A DNA stretch of 64,000 nt from Sporopachydermia quercuum (taxonomy: Eukaryota), in the NCBI GenBank assembly GCA_001599295.1, contig BCGN01000003.1:868001-932000 (forward strand), given 5' to 3'. Each line of letters begins with the position of its first letter. The stretch's first letter is position 1. This document shows, piece by piece, positions 33,524 to 45,359 of the stretch. The notes beneath the pieces are model-generated. The model worked only from the letters and a program-made list of their open reading frames with translations. It did no database searches and was not told the DNA's origin. The translations under genes and the position numbers were made by a program.

Positions 33524-35910
33524 ATGAGTGCGAGTTCTACTTCGCAGTCTAACGTTGGCGCGGAGGCCAAGAAAGGCCTCCGTCATAGAGCCAATATTGT
33601 AGGTAAACAGGAACCAAATGATAGTGTGCAAGTTGATGAAGTTGAAACAAAAGTGCATTCGAAAAACTTAAAAGTATGTCCAGGTTTACGATAAGTTTGA
33701 GAGAATAATAGTTTCCATCTTGGTTTGGTTATTATAATCACTTTGATGTTTTTTTCATCTTGGATGAACAATGCTAACCTTAGAAATAGATTCCCTGGAG
33801 TACAGTTGAAACAATCATTGCACCTATCGTGTTTACAATTATTGGTGCTTATGTACGTCTTTATAAAATAACCGAAGGTAACTCCGTTACATGGGATGAA
33901 GCTCACTTCGGTAAATTTGGTTCTCAATATCTCCGTCACGAGTTTTACTTCGATCTACATCCACCATTAGGCAAAGTTTTAATTGGTTTGAGTGGGTATT
34001 TGGCTGGCTATAATGGCACATTTGGATTTGAATCAGGAAAGTACTTCCCTGAGGAAATAAAATTTGGAGTTATGAGAATATTTAATTGTATGTTTTCTAT
34101 TTTGTGCGTTCCTATTGCATATGCCACCGCGAAGTCATTGAATCTTTCAGTATTAGCCGTTTGGCTAGTGACTCTACTAGTTACATTGGAGAACTCTTAC
34201 ATATCATTATCTAAATTCATACTATTAGATTCAATGTTGATGCTATTTACCGTTACAACATTTTATTGTATGATAAGATTTCATCGTCTTAATAGGGCAC
34301 AACTTCAGTTTTCGGCAGCTTGGTGGAAATGGTTGATTTTTTCCGGAATTTCAATTGGATGCGTTTGTTCAGTCAAGATGGTGGGTTTGTTTGTTACAGG
34401 GGTATATGGCGTTTACACTTTGTCGAATCTAGTTGGAATGTTTGGTGATCCTAGAGTTTCAAAGAAGACCTATGCAATGCATTGGATTTCTAGAATTGTG
34501 TGTTTGATAATTATACCATTTGCAGTTTACATGCTTAGCTTCAAAATCCATTTCATGCTGCTTTATAAATCTGGTACTGGCAATTCAAACATGTCATCAT
34601 TATTTCAAGCTCATTTGAAGAATTCAGATATAATCTTTGGTCCTAGAGATGTGGCATATGGGTCTAAAGTCACAATCCGAACTCAAGGTTTAGTACCTGG
34701 TTTACTTCATTCTCATAAGCAAACTTATCCTGAAGGCTCTCACCAACAACAAGTGACAATATATAGTCATAAAGACTCTAATAATGACTTTTACATAGAT
34801 TACGGGCGAACAGATCGTAATCATTATTATACACAAGACACCACTCCTAATTTCATCAGAAATGGTGATATTGTTCGCCTGAGCCATGCCAATACTTTCA
34901 AAAATATTCATTCACATAGAGTACCCGCTGCAATGGCTTCTACTGAATACGAGGTGTCAGGATATGGAAATATGACTGTTGGGGACACTAATGACGACTT
35001 TATTGTAGAGATTATGGATCAGAGATCGAAGACTGAAACCAAAGACCTTCTTCATCCTCTTACAACATCTTTCAGACTGCGTCACAAAAGACTTGGCTGT
35101 TATCTAGCAACATCAGGACATTCTTTACCACCTTGGGGTTTTAAACAAGGTGAAGTTATCTGTAAAACAGTACCTTCTATTGGCAGAGACAAATCTACTT
35201 GGTGGAATATTGAAAATCATCAGCATAATCTACTTAAGAATCCAGATAAGTCAGAAATTTCAATACCCAAATCCAGATTCATCACTGATTTCGTTCAATT
35301 GAATATTGCGATGCTTGCTTCAAACAATGCATTGATTCCTGATCCTGCGAAGAAAGACGAGATTGCAAGTAAATGGTGGGAATGGATGTTCTGCCTCGTT
35401 GGCATTAGAATGGGAAAATGGACTAAAGGTATAATCCATTACTTTTTGATCTCCAGCCCTTTTGCTGTTTGGGCGTCAACCGTTTGTCTAGCTGGTTTCA
35501 TTCTTTATACTTTATATCACCTTTTTAGATGGCAGAGACAAACTGAAGAACCCACATCAGACCAGCGAGATTTCTATGTTACTGCGGGATTATATCCATT
35601 TATTGGATGGATATTTCATTATTTTCCATTTATTGTTATGGGCCGTGTGACTTATGTCCACCATTATTTGCCTGCCTTATATTTTGCTTTTTTCGTTATG
35701 GGATTCTTTTTAGATGTTGTCACAGGAAGTTATGCATTTAGCAATGCTCCTGCAACGAAATTCAAGCAAATTATCAAGTACCTAGTTTTTATTGCTGTTT
35801 ATGTATATATTTTGTATGGGTTCAAAATATTCCACGAATTTGCAATGGGAATGTATGTTAGAGGTAATGAAGCAAAACGATTGAAATGGCTGAGCTCCTG
35901 GAACTTCTGA
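33524..35910 (+). CDS. PMT2: Dolichyl-phosphate-mannose:protein O-mannosyltransferase, PMT2 subfamily; 2 exons: 33524-33673, 33790-35910
   Basis: [28 protein letters not shown], MIR repeats (LLHSH, IHSH, FRLRH) and MGRVTYVHHYLPALYF. Intron 33674-33789 (GTATGT..TGCTAAC..TAG, phase 0). The paralogue (PMT2/3/6) is uncertain. Confidence 0.85.
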
Positions 35911-36834
35911 TTCTTACAATCTATACTATGTGATTTTGTTTGTCTGGATCATGAATCATTTTAGTTCTGTATCTTATGATTATAACTATTTTACTTGTTA
36001 CTATGTTTTCTTAATTGTAGCAAAAAATGTTTAGAATCTTTACTACCATTAACATTGAACTTCCAAAATCAGTTCGCATATATTTCCCTCAAATTTCCCT
36101 CAATATTGAGTAATCATTACTTTTATAAGAACTCGGTTCCCTTCTTATTGTTACTCCTTAGGTGTTCGATGCCCATTTTGAAGATTCCTGTATTTTTTTT
36201 TTTTTTATTCATCTCTACTGATAAGGTGAAAGCTACTAGTTATGGACATTTGGTTAATTTGAACCTGCCTGATTGGGAACTAGACTGGGTTTTCTTGAAC
36301 TTAAACAGTGAAGCTAGNTGAGGTTAGAACTAAGAGGATAAGTGATTGGTTTCGAACTTGAGCTCAATATCCCAGTACAAATATGTGTTATAATTGACAA
36401 GTTAAGTTATTAAGTTCTTTATCCAAATTTATAATATATAGCTTGACAATCTAATAACTCACACTCATAGATGGCCAGGCGGCACTAATAGACTGGTTGA
36501 TTGAGGTTATGCATGATAAAAATCTTGCATGAATCTTAAGCAAAAACTTCATCAAAACTTCCTTTTAAGGCAAGTGATGATAATTCTCAATCTACGGACT
36601 ACCCTCTTTCTGGAATGAATAGTGCTGAATACTTGCTGATGATATTCAGAAATCGATAAAATAGTGGATATTAAATGGATCATCGGTAAGTATTTAAATC
36701 AGAGGAAGTATCCCACTCATATCTTCATCATGACCAGTTGAAAATGATCAGAGAATGACAAGCAAAGGATCAAAGTCAAATTCTGCTACCGTACTACTGC
36801 GATTGGAGATACACACACCAAGATCTTATTGAAT

Positions 36835-37830
36835 ATGACAACCCGCAAAAGATTTGTTTCTAAAAAGCTTCCTGAGAAGACCAAGGATATTGATCCTGCT
36901 GACCTTCCAGACGTTAAGATTTTGACAAAGGATGCAAGCTTAAGAGAAGTTGTTGATGCTCTTACTGATGCCGGTGGAGTCATTGTCAAAGGTCTNTTCG
37001 ATACAGACAAAATGAAGACCATTGAAGCAGAAATTAGAACTGTCTTGAATCAAGATGTTGCTTGGGAGGGCGATTTCTTTCCCCAAGAAACAAGAAGAGG
37101 TATGGCTATTGTTTCTAAGTCACCAACTGCTGCTGAATGTATCATGGGATGTGATCTTTTCTGGAATGTAAGCAGAGCTTTTCTTGAGAAGATTGCCTGG
37201 TATTGGTACGGCGATAAGAAACAGTATTGCAGATCTGAACCCCAACTTAACACAAGTATTGCATTTTCCATAGCACCAGGTGCCGCCGATCAACCTTTAC
37301 ACAGAGATGATCACTGTCATCATAATGAGATGCCTGAAATTGATACGTATCCAGATGTTATCACTGAGCGTGAGACATTAGTAGGATATTTCTTCGCCGT
37401 GAAGAAAACAACAAAAGAAAATGGTGCTACAAGATTCATTCCTGGATCTCATCTTTGGGGAAAAGATAGAGAGCCTTCTGATCATTTGGCATTCTACGCA
37501 GAAATGGATCCCGGTGATGCTTTCTTTATGCTTGGTACTTGTTACCACGGTGGTAGTGCTAATAAGAGTAAAGACGAAGAACGATTAGCAGTTGGGTCTT
37601 TTACTTGTAAGGGTTATTTAAGACAAGAAGAAAACCAATATCTTGCTTGTGATCATGATGTTGTTGCTAAATGGCCCACGTTATGGCAACAAAGACTTGG
37701 ATATAGTCTTTCACAACCATTCTTAGGATGGGTTGAAGCTGGAGACCCAATAGGTATTCTCAACCCCAAGGCAGCTAACTCTAACCAAAATATGTTTTCT
37801 GAGGTTCCTGTTGAGCCATTCTTCTTCTGA
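36835..37830 (+). CDS. PhyH-family Fe(II)/2-oxoglutarate dioxygenase
   Basis: QPLHRDD (HxD), T-ENGATRFIPGSHLW, CYHGGSAN (distal His), the downstream Arg, and LRQEENQYL. First ATG is at 36835. Confidence 0.9.
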   Translation: MTTRKRFVSKKLPEKTKDIDPADLPDVKILTKDASLREVVDALTDAGGVIVKGXFDTDKMKTIEAEIRTVLNQDVAWEGDFFPQETRRGMAIVSKSPTAAECIMGCDLFWNVSRAFLEKIAWYWYGDKKQYCRSEPQLNTSIAFSIAPGAADQPLHRDDHCHHNEMPEIDTYPDVITERETLVGYFFAVKKTTKENGATRFIPGSHLWGKDREPSDHLAFYAEMDPGDAFFMLGTCYHGGSANKSKDEERLAVGSFTCKGYLRQEENQYLACDHDVVAKWPTLWQQRLGYSLSQPFLGWVEAGDPIGILNPKAANSNQNMFSEVPVEPFFF

Positions 37831-38393
37831 GTTTCTGGTAAATTTGAAGATTGATTCTTATCATATGTTACATACATAATCATAACATTGAGAATAAACG
37901 GAACGTATCCTCTCTTGTATTTCATGTCGTCTCTATCTTAAGAACAATGACACTACACGACAGTGATAAATTATGACAGTCCTTATACTGTACAATATAA
38001 AATCTCTAGTAGCAATCAATTATTCAATTTCAATCTTTATGTCTCTCTAGAATAATAATTTATTATCACATTATTTTTATCCTGGCAATATATTTTCCCA
38101 TTATCATCTATTGCAGTCGTTATCAGCTTTTCTTATACTTGTACGAGATGATTCGATTACCACTTCACGTGATTAATACAAGTCTCTCGATAGCTTCTGG
38201 ACAGCTTTGTTTGTCCATTACTCAAATCATATGGTGAAATGTTTGTTTGTTCTCGATAGAACAGACACAATTGTAGAAGTGGAAGTAATTGATATACTCG
38301 TTTTCATGATTGGATTTATATTCTAATATCTCAACGTGATGACCTACTGCCATAATATGTATTTGTTAAATTTATCACAAAGTATCAATCACA

Positions 38394-40115
38394 ATGGCAG
38401 CAGCTTTAACTGTTGGACAATCGGTTGTAGTCGGAACAGAGATTGGCATGATACGATTCATTGGTGAAGTTGATGGAAAAAATGGTGTGTTTGTCGGGGT
38501 TGAGTTAGTTGGTCGATCCATAGGAAAAGGAAAAAATGATGGTGCAGTTGACGGGAAATCGTACTTTACAGTTACACACCCTAAGTCAGGTATCTTTATC
38601 CCATATGAGAAACTGCTATCCCAGTCACAGCTGGGTATAGAGTCACCAAAGATTGGTTCACCAAAAATCGGATCACCATTCACACCTACTGGAGGTAATA
38701 GAAGACTTAGTTCATTTGACCGTAGAACGAGTACTAATTTCACTCCAAGCAAAACAAAACCAGGATTAGCCATTGATGGTCTTAGACTGAAAACTGCTGG
38801 TACACCTGGGAGACAATCAGGTCGATTTACCCTTGACAATGATATGATAAGGGGATCAAAATCACCAGCTCTTGGTGGAAACAATGGGAAACTGTCTTCA
38901 TTAGCAACCTCAAATAGTAGGAAAGTGAAGGAATCCTTGTTATCCTCTGGAAGTCCAAATGCAGAAATCTCTGAGAAGAATAAACTAATAGAAGAGTTAG
39001 AAACCGTCAATAGAGACTTATTACAAGAACGTGACTTAATAAAAATCCAATTGGCAGAAAAAGAGCAAGAAATATCTGCTCAGACAATAATATTGAATGA
39101 CTTAGAAAAATGCGCAGAGGATTTCGAAAATATAATGAATGAACGTGATGATAACAAAGTCGAGACTTCTCAAAGAGTTAAGCACTTAGAGGCTGAAGTT
39201 GAGATTTTGAAAGAAGAGCTGGAGTCGAAGAAAGAACAAATTAATTCTATCAAAAAGGAGTTGGATAACAAGAGAAACGAATTTAGAGAAATGACAGAAA
39301 CTTTAGAAATGCAACTACAAGACGCATCACAATTATATAGGGAGGAGAATGAAAGCTTGCAAGTGGAAAACGAAAAACTGAGTGAAAAAATAATAGCTTT
39401 GGGTGAGCAAGCAAACAGTAATATTGATTTTGAAGGAAAATTAGCAGAAAGGGAAGAAGAGCTAAAACAGAAATATATATCAGAGATTGAATCTTTGAAA
39501 ACGAAATTGCAGGCTCTCGAAGAAGAGCATTCAAAAGTAATTGAAAGTAAGACAGTAGAGGCCACCAANCAGCTTGAATCTGAGAAGAAACTATTAGAAA
39601 AGCAGGGTCAAAATTTAGAACGCGAAACTGAAATGCTCAAATATAAAATAGAAGAATTGAAGGAAGAGTTGAGACAAGCCAATGAAAAGGTTAATGACCA
39701 AGAATCAGAGCCACAGAATGCCACTGAGTACGAACAACGAATAGATGAATTAACAGCCAAAGAAGCCAAAGCCAATCGTGAAATACAGTCGTTACAGTTG
39801 ATTTTAAGCCAGAGGAACCTCAAAGAAGAATCCTTAATGAAAGAGATAGAGGAATTAAAGAAAACCCTGGAGACCGAGAAGACATTAAACAAATTGTCGT
39901 TAACTGCCGCTCTATCTGATTCCGCTTCCCAAGCCTTGAAGCAAATAAACAGAAATGTTACTGTTTTTCAGCAGGCCAACGAATTAGATGATGATTTACC
40001 CATATATGTAGCTCCGCCAACTGATCCTGCCGCAGGAAGAGCAGGGTGGTGTGGACTATGCGAACGTGAAGGTCATGATACGGCAGATTGTCCTTATGCT
40101 GAAGATGAATATTAG
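38394..40115 (+). CDS. BIK1: CLIP-170-like microtubule plus-end protein (CAP-Gly, coiled coil, CCHC zinc knuckle)
   Basis: GVEL...GKNDGAVDGKSYF CAP-Gly domain, SP-rich linker, long heptad region, WCGLCEREGHDTADCP knuckle and acidic-aromatic C-terminus (EDEY). Confidence 0.88.
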   Translation: MAAALTVGQSVVVGTEIGMIRFIGEVDGKNGVFVGVELVGRSIGKGKNDGAVDGKSYFTVTHPKSGIFIPYEKLLSQSQLGIESPKIGSPKIGSPFTPTGGNRRLSSFDRRTSTNFTPSKTKPGLAIDGLRLKTAGTPGRQSGRFTLDNDMIRGSKSPALGGNNGKLSSLATSNSRKVKESLLSSGSPNAEISEKNKLIEELETVNRDLLQERDLIKIQLAEKEQEISAQTIILNDLEKCAEDFENIMNERDDNKVETSQRVKHLEAEVEILKEELESKKEQINSIKKELDNKRNEFREMTETLEMQLQDASQLYREENESLQVENEKLSEKIIALGEQANSNIDFEGKLAEREEELKQKYISEIESLKTKLQALEEEHSKVIESKTVEATXQLESEKKLLEKQGQNLERETEMLKYKIEELKEELRQANEKVNDQESEPQNATEYEQRIDELTAKEAKANREIQSLQLILSQRNLKEESLMKEIEELKKTLETEKTLNKLSLTAALSDSASQALKQINRNVTVFQQANELDDDLPIYVAPPTDPAAGRAGWCGLCEREGHDTADCPYAEDEY

Positions 40116-40446
40116 TTGAAGATGACCAACCATACTTGGCAAGATATTAGACCTTGTATGATTGATATGTAATAAGCGATGTTAGGAAATCAATTCATTT
40201 CGAAGAAGAAGAATTGAAGATCAATAATGACAATTAATAATAGTAATCATCAGTAATCAATTTAATAATGACAATCCACAGCCAGTAAGCCTACAAATCC
40301 ATACAACATACTTTCTATATACNTGAAAATATCTTTTTATCATATTTACAGTAGTAGTTTCAGTATACATCATTAAAAGAAATTAGACCAGCCAGGGATG
40401 AGACCTTCAGGAGCCTGATATGAGTTCTCCAACCATAACATTACAT

Positions 40447-41208
40447 CTATTTGGTTTCAGAAGCTGGTTCAGCAACAGGTTCCAGCACAGTAGGTTCAAC
40501 ATCTGGGGTAGGTTTTAAAGATTCAACAGTTGTAGATTCCACAGATTCAACGGATGCTTCACTAGCCTTGATAGGAGACTCATCTTCATCCATAAGCTCT
40601 TCGGAATAAACTTCAGGATACTTTCTGAAGCAATTCTGCATATCTTGAAACTTTTCAACACAGTCAATTCCCTTTGGCTCGGCCTCAGAGTAAACAAAAC
40701 AAGAGAACGCAGCTTTGAATTCTTCTCCACAAGGTCCATTAGCCATTCCACCTAAGCAAGGGCAATCCCAATTAATCTCGCCGGTTTCAGGATTATAAGC
40801 ACCTTGTGCTTCAACTTCTTCTTCTTTTTGTTCTAACTCCTGTTCAACTTTCTCCTCTTCAGCTGGCGACAGCTCAACTGAGGCTTCCTCGCTCTTGGTT
40901 TCTACATTTTTCTTGGGAGCTTCTGCTTCAACTTCAAGATTTTTACTCACATCAGCCTCAACATTATCAGATTTTTCCAGAACATTAGTATCATTTTTGA
41001 GCCGTGGTTGAATCAATGCCATGGCTAAAGATACAGTACCAGAGATAACAGCAGCTCCAACGAAGCATTGCATCAAACTCGGCTCAGTGCGAGGAGAATT
41101 TTTGCTTGAAAAGCTTCTGATGTTATTTAAACCGTATCTTGATGAAAAACGACCAGTAGCTTGTTTCCTTGTAATTCTCACGCTTCTAACTATAGTACCT
41201 CTCATCAT
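40447..41208 (-). CDS. MIA40: Mitochondrial intermembrane-space oxidoreductase Mia40
   Basis: [33 protein letters not shown]...C-EKF-DMQ-CF (CPC plus twin CX9C), with presequence and TM anchor. Confidence 0.96.
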   Translation of the reverse strand: MMRGTIVRSVRITRKQATGRFSSRYGLNNIRSFSSKNSPRTEPSLMQCFVGAAVISGTVSLAMALIQPRLKNDTNVLEKSDNVEADVSKNLEVEAEAPKKNVETKSEEASVELSPAEEEKVEQELEQKEEEVEAQGAYNPETGEINWDCPCLGGMANGPCGEEFKAAFSCFVYSEAEPKGIDCVEKFQDMQNCFRKYPEVYSEELMDEDESPIKASEASVESVESTTVESLKPTPDVEPTVLEPVAEPASETK

Positions 41209-43963
41209 CTTGGTGGCTCTTTATAATGATTATTTTTATTATCAAAAGGAGCGGATGTTTATCCTGGCCTTATGTTATCATTCAACTCAGCAAGAGGAAC
41301 AGCTTATACTACACTTAGTTGAAGGAAATGTAAACCATTCTAAATAGTAGGAAGGCAAACAATCTTTTCAACTTTTCATAATCTTTTTCTTGCTTAATAA
41401 TAAGTGCCCATTGGCCTTCTTAAGAAACATAATAGGAAGGCAAGTTCATAATAGATTATGTGAACATTAATTAAAGTATTATATGCAGAGCAATGCAGAA
41501 AAAGCTTATTATTGCCAGAGGGTAAGCCTTTAGACTATTGAAAACTTGAAGAACTTCAATGGCCGAAGAATCTGATTTCTGTCCACTATTTTAAAAGATG
41601 ATTATATAATCATAAATCATTCCTTTCTATCCTATTGATTGTAGATGAGGGCCATAGAATATGGTAAACGGATTGATCACAAAGATTTTATCGGCAAAAT
41701 AGGGAGATAAACCAACAGAAGTGAAGTATATCTTTGAGAGGGTGTCAAAGATCAAAAATTATAAGCCAATGAACCGTATTCTATTATACCAAGACATCAA
41801 AATTCTGTTGAAATATGGAGAAGCATTTGAGCCCCCCATTTACTATATTAGGTATCAAAAACTGCGGGGCATAAATTTTCATCATTATTAGAAGGTGTCA
41901 AATATTTCCAGCTGGCCGAGGGTATTTGCAAGACCAGGAGGATCTTATGGAGTATACATAATATACACCTTTGATCCATATTAAAATTTTCAAAGTAAAA
42001 GTGAATAAACTTACATGTGGGGCAAAGAGGAAAGGAATTTCAAACGTTGGTTGACCTATGGCACTGTAGATCTGTCTATTCATCTTTCTATATTGTCCAG
42101 ATAAATGCCATATTTATGTAACTGCCCCGCCTTAAAACTGATTATCAGAATTAGTTTCCAGAATCAGTTGTCGAAGTCTGGACAACTATTACTATGAGAG
42201 CATAATCAAACCATCGAATCAATTCATCCCTACAAACTAAAGCCATAAGCGAATCTATGGGCATTGACATAGAAATAATAAACAATCTCTCCATCCGAGC
42301 TCAAACCATACAAAAATCATCTCAATTCTTCCCCGACAATTTGAATGTTCTTACACTAATGCGTTTTCAATCCTTTTCACAACCGATCAACTCTTTCCTG
42401 TTAAAAATCTATCGGATATTATTTCTTCAGCATATATTATCCATTGCATTACTTCTTCCATAACTATTTCCATACTAATCATTGTTCCATTTAAAGTTCA
42501 GGTTTTTTCATGTCCCTTGTCAAACGATGCATAAAAGGAACACTTTTTATTTAACCAGAAGTCAATTGATGGATAATAGTGAATGCATACAATATATTTC
42601 GAAGATTCAGGGATAAACTTTCCTAAGAATTCCGAATGAATTGGAAAAGAAAATTATTCGCGATCTCTATTGTATATTTTATATAGGATTACTATGGTAT
42701 TGTAGTTCCAATTATCTGGAATGCTCGGATTTACTTTACTTCAGAGCAGAAACTCTGTTTGTACGGTGGAAAAACATATCCTAACTTCGAGGGTGGATTG
42801 GGCCAAACTGCCAACGAATGAAAATATCAATATTAAGAAGAAAAGTAGAAAGCGACATTGAAATAAGGAGTTGTACCTGAGTATGATCTTTAAATGACAG
42901 AAATACTGCCATCATTATCTTTCCACTCTGATCTTGATCTCAAGATCATTTTGAACAAATCAACAGACGAACCCATGATCGGAACCATTTACCAGAATAT
43001 CACCAACTCGGAATAGAGTTCGCAGCTGATGAATTGGCCGCACCAACCATGGAGACAGCGGTGTCGGCATACAAAATCAGTCGACTAGACTTAAAGCCGC
43101 TTACTTCATTTATTAATTATTATTGTTTCTCTTGTTTACAAAGTTCTTTCAGTGTTTACCAATAATTGTTCATATCCGTTTGAATGGTAGTAACACAGTC
43201 ATCAAACCAAAGTTTCCATACAATAAATACTTAAACTTTCTTTTGATTGTAGCGATGCCACACTTCAATGCGACCTGAATATATATATGCAAACCTGCTG
43301 TTTACTTCGACAGATAGTGAATCAATGCTAACTACAATCTACAAAGCAAATAAAAAACAAAGAAAAGAAACGTTTCATTTCAATTTCATACTTCACATTT
43401 ATATATAATCCATTGATCTTCACAATAAATCAACTTTCTTCCAATTGTCCGCTAAATGTTCACCTCATTATCCTTTACCCACCCTAGTGTTTCCCAAATA
43501 AGGTTTACTGCACTATCAATTAAAACGTACAAGTAGTTAAAGCAGTCTTCTCCTCCTTATTAAGAGATTTCTTTTCCCATCTTAATGATTAGAAAGCTGT
43601 AAGGTAATTTCCCGCACTCGAAATGGAAAAGTTGAATAGGAGAAATCATATTTCATTCTGTTTATCGAATTTATTTATCCTTTGGAAAAATTGAGATTGA
43701 GATAATCTGTTGAAGATCTACAAAGGAAAGTAAGTATTCTTGTTCATTATAATATATCAACACCATCTCATGAAGTTCGTTTGTTTGTTCGTTTGCGTAT
43801 GAATTCAGGATAGAGAAAGGATTATCAAAATCATTGATGTGCAGTTGCAATAGATTATATGTATTGATTGGTTGATTGAGAAGATTCAGAGATATCAATT
43901 GTCAACAATCTGGTTATTAACATAATTTTAAAAGAAACGCATTGAAAATATCAAGCAGTAAAG

Positions 43964-44977
43964 ATGATGCAGAACGGTCGTTTATTGTCGAGATTGAATG
44001 TCAATAAGACATTCGTTCGTAGTTATTCATCCAACTTGTCAATCCCTGTCACAACTACATATCAAAAGACTATTCCTAACTTGAAGATCAATTCTGACAC
44101 TAAGGTTATCTATCAAGGTTTCACTGGTAAACAAGGTACTTTCCATGCTCAACAAGCAATTGAATATGGTACTAAGGTTGTAGGTGGTACCAATCCCAAG
44201 AAAGCTGGTCAAACTCATTTGGATCTTCCTATTTTTGGTACCGTTGCAGAGGCTATGAAAGAAACTGGTGCAACTGCATCTGCTATTTTTGTTCCTCCTC
44301 CTTTAGCTGCTAAATCTATTGAAGAAGCAATTGAAGCTGAACTTCCTTTAGCTGTCTGTATCACTGAAGGTATTCCTCAAAAAGATATGTTACGTGTTGT
44401 TAACATTTTGAAGACCCAAGATAAAACTAGACTAGTTGGACCTAACTGTCCTGGAATTATTTCTCCTGACCAATGCAAGATCGGTATTATGCCTTCTTCT
44501 ATTCATAAAAGAGGTAGAGTAGGTATCGTGTCAAGATCTGGTACCTTGACTTACGAAGCTGTTAATCAAACCACCAATGTTGGATTAGGCCAAACCTTAG
44601 TTATTGGTATTGGTGGCGATCCTTTTAATGGAACCAACTTTATTGATGCTTTGACTTTGTTCTTGGAAGACGAAGAAACCGAAGGTATCATTATGATTGG
44701 TGAAATTGGTGGTACTGCGGAAGAAGAAGCATCTGAATTTTTGAAGCAATATAATTTAACCAGAGAAAACCCTAAACCAGTTTGTTCTTTCATCGCAGGT
44801 ATTTCTGCTCCTCCAGGAAGAAGAATGGGTCACGCTGGTGCCATCGTCTCTGGTGGTAAGGGTGATGCCAACTCTAAGATCAAGGCTTTAGAATCTGCTA
44901 ATGTTATTGTGGAAAGAAGTCCTGCTAGATTGGGTAAGGCCCTTTATAATGAATTTGTCAAGAACAATTTGATTTAA
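43964..44977 (+). CDS. LSC1: Succinyl-CoA ligase alpha subunit, mitochondrial
   Basis: [36 protein letters not shown] and RRMGHAGA (phospho-His). Confidence 0.97.
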   Translation: MMQNGRLLSRLNVNKTFVRSYSSNLSIPVTTTYQKTIPNLKINSDTKVIYQGFTGKQGTFHAQQAIEYGTKVVGGTNPKKAGQTHLDLPIFGTVAEAMKETGATASAIFVPPPLAAKSIEEAIEAELPLAVCITEGIPQKDMLRVVNILKTQDKTRLVGPNCPGIISPDQCKIGIMPSSIHKRGRVGIVSRSGTLTYEAVNQTTNVGLGQTLVIGIGGDPFNGTNFIDALTLFLEDEETEGIIMIGEIGGTAEEEASEFLKQYNLTRENPKPVCSFIAGISAPPGRRMGHAGAIVSGGKGDANSKIKALESANVIVERSPARLGKALYNEFVKNNLI

Positions 44978-45359
44978 ACGTGACATTCTACTACGTTCAG
45001 TATACTTTCTTCCAATAAGAAACAGTATAAGTCCAACAATCTGTTACTATATAGAAAGACTTTCTATAATTATTTATTTGATTTAAACGCTAATAGAGTG
45101 CATGTAGGATTAGAGAACTTCGTGTTTATTCAGCATAACAGCAGTAATTTCTACAAAGAAAAGAAAGTCATGAATTATTAGTTGAAACAGTAGTATTATA
45201 GATACAGTAATTAACAAAAATGATACAAAAAAAGAAATGAAGATTTTAATCTAATCTATAAACGGTCAAAAAATCGTTCTAAAACCATCACAATACCATG
45301 AAAAATCGAAATGCAAAACACTTTTAAAAAGAAATGCAGCTATAATATCCTTAATATTC

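Noticed and set aside
36646..36732. Minus-strand C, D', C', D box arrangement (ATGATGA..CTGA..CGATGA..CTGA)
   Set aside because: No terminal stem, only an 8-nt rRNA-complementary stretch, and it overlaps the probable TATA region of the PhyH gene. Still worth a snoscan run.
38375..39892. Antisense ORFs of 83-211 aa over BIK1, and similar shadows over other genes
   Set aside because: They are shadow frames of well-supported CDSs.
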